A stretch of 58,841 nucleotides of DNA, filler included, from Sphacelaria rigidula (Eukaryota), in assembly GCA_964200075.2 (NCBI GenBank). It is 8 parts of 8 records of this genome, joined end to end, with 100 filler letters (N's around TTAATTAATTAA, not from the genome) between each part and the next. Parts side by side here need not be neighbours in the genome. Positions count along the whole stretch, not along the records: positions 44,208 to 51,474 come from CAXNAA020015701.1; positions 51,575 to 58,841 come from CAXNAA020015702.1; 6 more parts are not named here. One strand, 5' to 3'. Below the pieces are notes generated by a model that was given only the letters and a program-made list of their open reading frames with translations, had not been told where the DNA came from and did not search any database. The position numbers were made by a program, and so were the translations under genes. Below are positions 51,111-58,841 of this stretch, piece after piece (the first letter of the stretch is position 1; each line of letters begins with the position of its first letter).

Positions 51111-51613
51111 AATGGGGTCGATCTCTAAAATGAGGTTCAACTGGCATTTATTTTCTGCCGAGATGACGCGAAACACTTACACAGAGCGAAACCATCGTCC
51201 CCCTCCGAACTCCGTGGCAGTGAATCAGTTGTGGCGAGGTGCACCGAACGAATGCGGTGTACACGCGTGTCGATGACGATATCACCAGAGATAAAAGCAA
51301 CGACAGAGAGGAAGCTCCTCGCCCGTGTCCTTTGTGTGTCCTCGCTTGGCGATTACCAATCGCTTAAGAGACTGGCATCATGGATGTTACCAGCATATAT
51401 ATACGCAATCTCTCATGTGCCAGTAGGCATGTTATTATAACAGCCGATCATCTATGTTGAGTATGGTGCTTTTCNNNNNNNNNNNNNNNNNNNNNNNNNN
51501 NNNNNNNNNNNNNNNNNNTTAATTAATTAANNNNNNNNNNNNNNNNNNNNNNNNNNNNNNNNNNNNNNNNNNNNGGGCGGGGGCTGGGGCGGGGTGGGGG
51601 CGGGGCGCGGCGT

Positions 51614-51660
<47 letters not shown>

Positions 51661-52136
51661 GGACACCATGGCAAAAATGTCAAGAAAAAACGGGCAAAGT
51701 GAAAACACCATTCCGTACGATATATGAATGCAAGTAGCGGTGCGGGGAAACTTTGTAAGGAACGCGATAAGACATTTGCTTCAGTGCGGTGCTGCTACAG
51801 TACTCTGTGCGTGTGTGTGCGTGGAATGATTTGTCGATAATCTCCCACCCAAACAGTGGAGTCAAGCCGGTCTCGTGACATGTTCACGTGGGAAATGACA
51901 CATTCACTGAAATTTATGTCTGGTAAGATCCATATAAGCGAGACACGGCTCCTGAGTGGGACACAACTCATCGTACCAGCGAACTGGGCGAAATGTACAG
52001 CAAATACTGTAAATGAAAAAGACCAAACGTGACGGTCAACACACGAGTTTAGCATCCTGCCACACGTCAGTTCAAAAGAGGGTGGACGAGTAATATTGTT
52101 GACGTGACGCCATGGACCTCCCATCTACTACTATAC

Positions 52137-55100
52137 CTGCGCGTTGAAACAGCGAATGGCATGGACGGAGCGAGCAGACCCACCTCCTCCTCGTCCTCCC
52201 CCACGTCCGGCCAGGCCCTCGAGGCGAAACGCTTCGGTTTCATCTCCGAGGGGCTCGACGGAAATCATCCCCTGAGAGGAAACCCCTGACCAAATGCTTC
52301 TGAAATAAACAAGTAAGATGCGGGGGAGGGGGGGTGGGGGGGCAGGCAGGGAAATAAACAAGAACTATGAATAAGATGAACAAACGCTTGTGACAAACAA
52401 ACGAAAACGGAACATGCAAGGTGTGTCACATATGTTCACGGGGTGTGGGCTGATGATATCTCTGTGGTGCACGCTAACTCAATGCTTCTGACTACGCAGA
52501 AAAGAGAAATCGGGGGGAAGAGAACGGTGGGATTTTGTGGCCGAAGACAAAAGACAAAGATCCGGTACACCACGCAATACAACACTCAATGTTACCAGAA
52601 AGTGCTGAAAGACGAAACCAACACATCTCCTCCTGTACCTCCCACAGATCGCCAAGAAATCGGAGATCCTGGGACTGCGGTGCCTCAAGTGAATGCCCGC
52701 CGATCCGACGTGAAAAGCGAGAATATCGAACGCAGTTCATTCCACTGCAATACAAAAGACAACGAACGGAAGTCTGCAGGAACACTTCCTACGAGCAACT
52801 CTCCCCTCCCCTCTGCGCGCGCATCATAAAAAAAAGGGGGAATAATGGACCGAACCACGGCTCTCGCCTGCAAAACACAGCGTCCCCGACATCGGCGAAG
52901 CGACCTGTCTCGCTCAAGGCCCACACATCTCCCTTGCCGTACGCCGAGGCGGCCTCCTTGCTCTGCGCAAAACCCAAAATCTTTTGCGTTCGTTGCCAGG
53001 AATTCAGGCACAGCGGTGAAATAAAAACATTCGCGTGGATAGAACGGACAGCGGAGTGGGTTTCACCGTGTGTAAAAATGAAACTTCCAAATGTGCTAGC
53101 AGTTGCATGGGGGGAAAATCCTCTCATATGATCGATTCAACACCACATCTGAAGGATGGCGGCAGGGAGGTAGGGGTTAGGGGGGTTGTCATCGCTGTGG
53201 AGAGGCACTACGACCATTTCATCACCTAAAAGTGTGTATCCTCTACTTGTGACGGATACCCGTAGCCGGATACAACGACTGCACGGTGTTGTGAAAACAA
53301 GTTTTTCCTAGAATAATGTTGGGAGCCGCAACAACAAATACACGCAAGCACTTCGGTGCGAGGGTGTGTACTTGAAAACGCCGATCGGCCAATGCACAGA
53401 CCCCGGACATCCAACCCCCTCGCTTTCAAACCCCTACCTTGAGGTAAAGCTTGCCCTTCTTATCACCGCAGCTCCCGCGCTTGCTGTCCTTCTCGTTCTC
53501 CTCATCGTCGTCATCGCCGCCACCGTCTCCCCACCCGCGCTGTCGTTTCTTCTTCAGCCCGTCAGGAAACCACCCCCCGCCCCCGCCTCCTCCTTTTCCG
53601 CCGCTTCTGCGTCTGCCCTCACCGTAGCTTTTGCGGCCGCCGCCATCGCTACCGCTGCTGCCGTCGTTGTCCCTGCCGCCGGCTCCTGTTGCACGAAAAT
53701 GCGTCGTCCAGGACGAAACGAACGTAACGGACGCCGAGACGGAGGTTTTGAGATAGGCGAAATACGGAGAGAGCCTGTGAGAGACGACAGAATGACACAT
53801 GGGGAACCGAAGGGAAAAGCAGAGCGACATGAGCGAAGTGAAGCAGAGCAAGGTCAAGCAAAGCCGACCACTAGCCGACCAACAGATGAGCGAAGCCAAT
53901 CAAAAGTTGACCAAAGCCCCCGGTGTTAACTCGGCAGGACTGTACGCCCCCGCGTGAGAGAAAGGTACGTGAAATCTGCCACGATATAGCTCGGCACCTC
54001 TGAACTCACCGGCCCGAAATAACGAGACGCTGGCGTAGTAGTGCACACCCTCTGCGCGAAAGTGCTTCTGCCTCCAGAGAGGGTCCCTTCGATCGATCCG
54101 CGGCCCGGTCCGTTGAGGATCGTTAGACACTAACTTTGCCTCCGCCTTCGCGTATGGCGTCGCCGCCGCCTCATCGAGAATCAGCTGCATTTCCTCCTGC
54201 TCTCGCGGGGCGAGCAACACGAGATGCAGTATTTAGGACAAAACATCGGAATATAAGACTCGTAGAGCAGGCGGCGTACTTGGCTGACGCTCTTTTGGAG
54301 CGTGTATTCGTCAGCATTACACAGGGAGCGGTCGCTCTCCATCATAAATTAGGGGGGATACACTCGAATCAACGTTGCAAGCCGTTCACTCCGTCCCCAT
54401 CCTAAGAAAAGGAAACAGAAAAGAGAGAACGGCTGCCCAAGACATGCATGGATACCGAACATCCAGACTAACCTGCAGAAATGTTCACATCTGCACTATC
54501 AAGTAATAAGGAGGGGTTTTGATACACAAAAAAGAAAGAGAGGCCCCTTCGCGCCTCAAGAAAATCGCTAATACCACGAAAAACAAAATCCGTTAAGCCC
54601 GAAGACACGCATACGCAAATGACCCTCAACTTGCAGCACGGCAAATACAGAGACGAACAACAGCTGCAAAGCGAAACAAAACACCTACACGTACCTGCAT
54701 CGCATTCGCGTAGGCGCTACGGTAAGCCACCGCGTCCGGAAAGGCGTTCGGAACCCACACCTTCCTCGACGACCATCGCCCCGCCGGCCCTCCACCCGCG
54801 GTAGATTCCGCAGGAGGAGCACCAGCTTGCGGTGGCGCCGGCGGCCCCCGTGAAGCTGTCGCCGACGCAACCCTAACTTCCTCTTCAGACTTTCGAACGC
54901 TTCCTACTAGTCGCGTATCGCCTTGATGCCCCTGCGACTGCGCTCGGGGTTCCCCCACGGCGGCGCCCGCGTCTGAGGCGCTGCCGATTCTGACGAATTT
55001 CAGGGCGAAAGGCGGCATAGGATTTTTCTTGTCGTTCTGCTGGTGGTTGGGCAAAAGTGTCGACGTTGTCGTGGTCATCTCCCTGTGGCCGTCGTTGGTG

Positions 55101-55983
55101 ATGATTTTATTTATCGCTTTAGCAGACAACAAAGTGCCGTGAGCAACAACGCGAGGAGTGAAACCTGTCCCGGGACGGGGGCGCACAAACGCTGCTCTTC
55201 GTACCGTGGAGCCAGACGCCCGAAGTGGACTACTGTTAGATCGTCCGGGAGCTGATGAAGAGGGTGAAGCCGACATGGTCATGCCAGCTCCGTTGTTCAC
55301 CCCTGCACTATGCTGGAATCGCGGGGTGGTTGGGGGGGCAGCGGTCGAAGAGGAGGGCCCACCGCGACTACCGAGATTGATATCACCGTCACCATCGCCC
55401 TTGCCACCGCAAGCAACAGCAAGCGCCATGGCGGTTGACGCTCGAGGGACGCTAAAGGGCCGGCGCCCGCCGTTGTTCCCCGTTGGTGTAATTACACGAC
55501 TCTGCTGTGGATACTGCTTCTCCTGCGCCAGCCTTCCGCCGCCGCCGATCCCGCCGCTGTCAATGGGGATGGCGCTTGCATCTGATCGTTGTCCCCCAAG
55601 CTGCCGACTTGTTGATCCGAGGCTTTTCGCAAGTCCTAACCCCGGTCCTTGCCCGATCTTCTCCGGTACCCTGAATTTCCTCACTTGGCGCGCAGACGAT
55701 TGTGCCGCCGCCGACATCGATGGAGTAGGCCGAAGAGCCCCCGGCCGTTCTTTGGCAGCGTCGGTAGCATTGTTGAAACTGGTTTCTGCAGGTGCAGCTG
55801 CACCAACAGACTCTATCCGCGCGGCGCCGTTGTCGTCGTTGAGCATCTCGTTTTTATTTTGCGACTCACTGTTGTCGAGGATGGATCGAACTCGACGACT
55901 ATCGTTGTTGCAGTTTCCGGGTTGTGGATACGGAGCATTCCCGGAGTCGGTGACGGCGATATCGCGTACGAGGTTTTTGTTAC

Positions 55984-56017
<34 letters not shown>

Positions 56018-56189
56018 TAGTGCCGCGTCTTTTGCCCCAACCTGAACGGTGTAACGGCCCATTCGAAGCTCGATGTCCTCCGCGATGTCCACTAAGGTTT
56101 TTACCTGGGAGCTTGCGATGGGGTGGATAGCTTCCTCGCTCCGGAGCTGTAATTTGCCCTCGCGAAGCGTTAGGGAGCCATCGGTCCAC
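52137..56189 (-). CDS. ZGRF1: ZGRF1-like DNA-repair helicase, partial, spliced
   Basis: Phase-consistent exons: 56189-54695 (DUF2439-like WTDGSLTL..IELRMGRYTVQV; VPNAFPDAVAYRSAY), 54196-54010 (EEMQLIL..GVHYY), 53685-53438 (KGKLYLK), 52980-52868 (KEAASAYGKGDVWALS, GC donor), 52299-52137 (SIWSGVSSQGMISVEPL..VHAIRCFNA). Motif order matches ZGRF1 (KLYLKL..SSAYSKNDLWVVS..SAFFGPSS..VHAL). The helicase core lies beyond the contig. Confidence 0.82.
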
Positions 56190-56713
56190 CTGCAAAAGTC
56201 GAGAGAGGCAAGAGAGAGGTAGGGAGTGGGAGACAGTTGACTGTTGGCGTATTGTAGTCACAATGGAAGTGAGGCTCACGTGTCTTGCACTCCATGGCAA
56301 ATGATGAAACAAGAAAAGGATACCCCCAGAAATATGGTGATTCAATTGAGATTTTTCTTGTTCAAGGAACATCCGAACAGCCGAAATTGGAGACAGGATT
56401 GACCACCAGACACGTATGAACATATTGACGATCCCTGCTGCCGTAGATATAGCCGTTGAAAAACATACAGATCTACCGTCTGGATGGTCAACGCACTCAG
56501 GGAATCTGTGGGGCTGTCGCAGCGCTCAGGGCTGCCGATAGGACGACGACTTCATGAAGGCCTTTTGGCCGAAGGAGGCGTTTTGAGGACCGAAGGAAGG
56601 CACGCGCTTTCGACTCGTTTGTACCCCACCTTCAAGGTTGTGTCAAATGAGAAAGCAGTTACCATCGAGACGTCTCAAGCGCTTAGTCTCCTCTTCGTCG
56701 TTAGTCCTCTAAT

Positions 56714-57304
56714 TAGAGTTGTGAACTGGTTTGGCTAACCAATCAACTGGTTGCAAAAAACTACAACCAGCTATCAGTTGAAACTGCATAAGTAGCGCCG
56801 GAGTCACGTAAACGGACCCCCCTGGGTGGTGAGGGGGGGCCGCCGGAGGCAAGAAAATTACGCCATTTGGCTTCACATCTTTTCAAAAACGCGGTAAATT
56901 CTAATATACCTGCCTAGCGCCAGCAATTCGAGCACGTAATCGGTGCACAAAAACATATGTGCTTTGGGGGGAAAGAAAATATCACTGAACATTGCGACGT
57001 GAACTCAAAAAAACAAAGCGATGAGACAGTGGTATATTGTCTGCGATATACGTGTCTACGTCCAGGTGTGTGCGCTGTGCGGTCATGTACTTGCCTCTGT
57101 AACAGCATCCCCACGGTCATTGTAGTACGACAATACTTCAGAAATATTGACTTGAGTATGACACATGTACACAGAACCCTTTGGAGTATGACACATATAT
57201 CGAGTGAAATAACTGGTTCAACTGGTTGCAAAACCCATCAGTTAACCAGTTGTACCAGTTGACTGTAACTGGTCAGTTAAACGGGCAGCCAGTTCACAAC
57301 TCTA
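56714..57304. mobile_element. hAT-like MITE in intronic or upstream sequence
   Basis: 16-bp TIR TAGAGTTGTGAACTGG / CCAGTTCACAACTCTA, degenerate 8-bp TSD cctctaat / ccgttaat, and repeated aactggtt/aaccagtt subterminal motifs. Confidence 0.8.
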
Positions 57305-57330
57305 CCGTTAATCCCTCCCCTCCTTCGGGA

Positions 57331-57841
57331 ACCCCATGGGGTTGACGTCGGTTGGCGATGACGCTGTTAAACACGCCACTCACTGCGTAAGCTAGACAAC
57401 CAAGTTACCTATTTGTTTTGCGCGCTCGCGTTTTTTTTCTGGTAACCATGATGGTAGTCGAGCTAGATCATATTGTGCGGGGTGGGAGAACCTCAACTCC
57501 GCGCATAGGGGATGATCGTACTACGTAGGGTTTACATGGTGAGAAACCCGTGAGGCAGTGTATAAGCCGTGGTTTTCTCGAGAAGTGGCGATACCAGAAA
57601 ATGAAGCAACTCATTCGGAGCTGTTACCCAAATGCAAGATAATTAGTAGGCTTCGGGCCGAACGATCTTAGCAGGATGCAGTTCACCTCTCATGCGACCC
57701 GCCGAGCACATCACGGCGCTTCGCGCTTGGTGATAGATGGCGAGCCTGGTTCGGCGAAAATCCGGGGTGCTCCGCCCCGGCTTTGAAGGGATGCGAGGTC
57801 AATGGTCATATGACTACTATGGCACGCAAGATCATGAGTTC
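57331..57841 (+). repeat. Dispersed repeat family A, long copy
   Basis: Aligns over about 500 bp with 36217-36718 and is flanked by C-rich tracts. Confidence 0.88.
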
Positions 57842-58841
57842 ACCCCCTCCTTCGGGACGAACCCGTAGTCTTGAGAGATGAACACATGTCTCGCCCGGAG
57901 CATGCTGAACTCTTTTGCATCGCGGATTGGACCACCACTGTTTTACCGTGACGACCTTCATCACTTCTCTTTGCTACAGGCGAGCCTCACTAAACGTCCC
58001 AAAAAGTATCCCCGGTGATTCCTCACCGGAGGTTTGAGAGTCGGGACCTAAAATTTTGAGGAGAGATGTACATGGACAAATTGGAGGCCATATTCACCGT
58101 GCTTGTTGTTCTTTTGCAGTCACGTTCGCTTCACTGATTCTCCGAAAAAGATATCCTTCTTCATCTTCGGAAGAATTCGAAAGCAACTTCAAAACCACGG
58201 CGATGATCACCTTCTCACTGTCCACGTGCACCTCCCCTCGAAAGTTCAGATCCCAACTGTCGAGCCTCACGTGAGGAGTCCATGTGCATTCATGAGCCTA
58301 TGAAATCTCATACATCAGGACAGAGCTTTCCCACAATATTTCTTTTGGACGTAACTTTTTGAACGGCGACGATTCAGCGGCCGGAAACAGGTATCGCAGC
58401 TCTCACCTTGATGTCAGCAAAACGCCCACCAATTTCCAGCGCAATCGAGAACAAGTTCGGGTATCTTGATTTTTTTCCTACTGAACCGCCACCAACGGGT
58501 ACAAGTATCGTCACCAGGCCGTAGTCTGTGTCCCAGAAAAGTGTGAAATGATGAAAGTGTCTGGACGATCGATCAGAGCGTGCGGCCCAATCCAGGTTGG
58601 TTTTACGATGCAGGGAACCTACCTGTTGTAATACTGTTTGCCATTCATCTTTTTTGCGCCGTGGACACGTTTTGGGGTCAAGCGGCGGGACCAGATTGTA
58701 CTCACGTCTTCGCATTTCCCACGGACGGAAGTTCGATACTCTTCAGAGAAAAAAAAACGGAGAAGTGCGCTAGGTCCGGACAAAACTGGCTGAAGTGCCT
58801 GAGAGACGATCTCCACGCTTTCGGAGCCACAGACGGCTCTA

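Noticed and set aside
55158..56045. 295-aa plus-strand ORF
   Set aside because: Antisense shadow of the GC-rich ZGRF1-like exon.
1..58841. Endogenous giant-virus segment, Fanzor/TnpB, or prokaryotic defence operon
   Set aside because: No intronless gene-dense tract and no RuvC, capsid, polymerase or Cas motifs were recognised in any listed ORF.

Overview
Eukaryotic, intron-rich DNA of about 50% GC, most consistent with a brown alga (Phaeophyceae; inferred from gene content, intron style and repeat types). The window is not a contiguous locus. It is eight contigs of 7269, 7268, 7268, 7268, 7267, 7267, 7267 and 7267 bp, sorted by length and joined by 100-nt N/TTAATTAATTAA/N spacers, so neighbourhood across spacers is meaningless. 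Partial spliced genes were reconstructed by hand with consistent exon phases: a CER3/WAX2-like acyl-reductase-type protein that appears to lack the N-terminal His-box decarbonylase domain, a GH17 beta-1,3-glucanase, a Ufd2/UBE4-like N-terminus, a ZGRF1-like helicase, and an unknown acidic protein. Mobile DNA includes a frameshifted RTE-like LINE, a tandem Ty1/Copia structure with a shared LTR and half-tRNAiMet PBS, tRNA-derived SINEs, several TIR MITEs (hAT-, P- and mariner-like) and foldbacks. Two dispersed repeat families share a ~50-nt 3' module and end at C-rich runs. No CRISPR array, rRNA or intact tRNA gene was seen.
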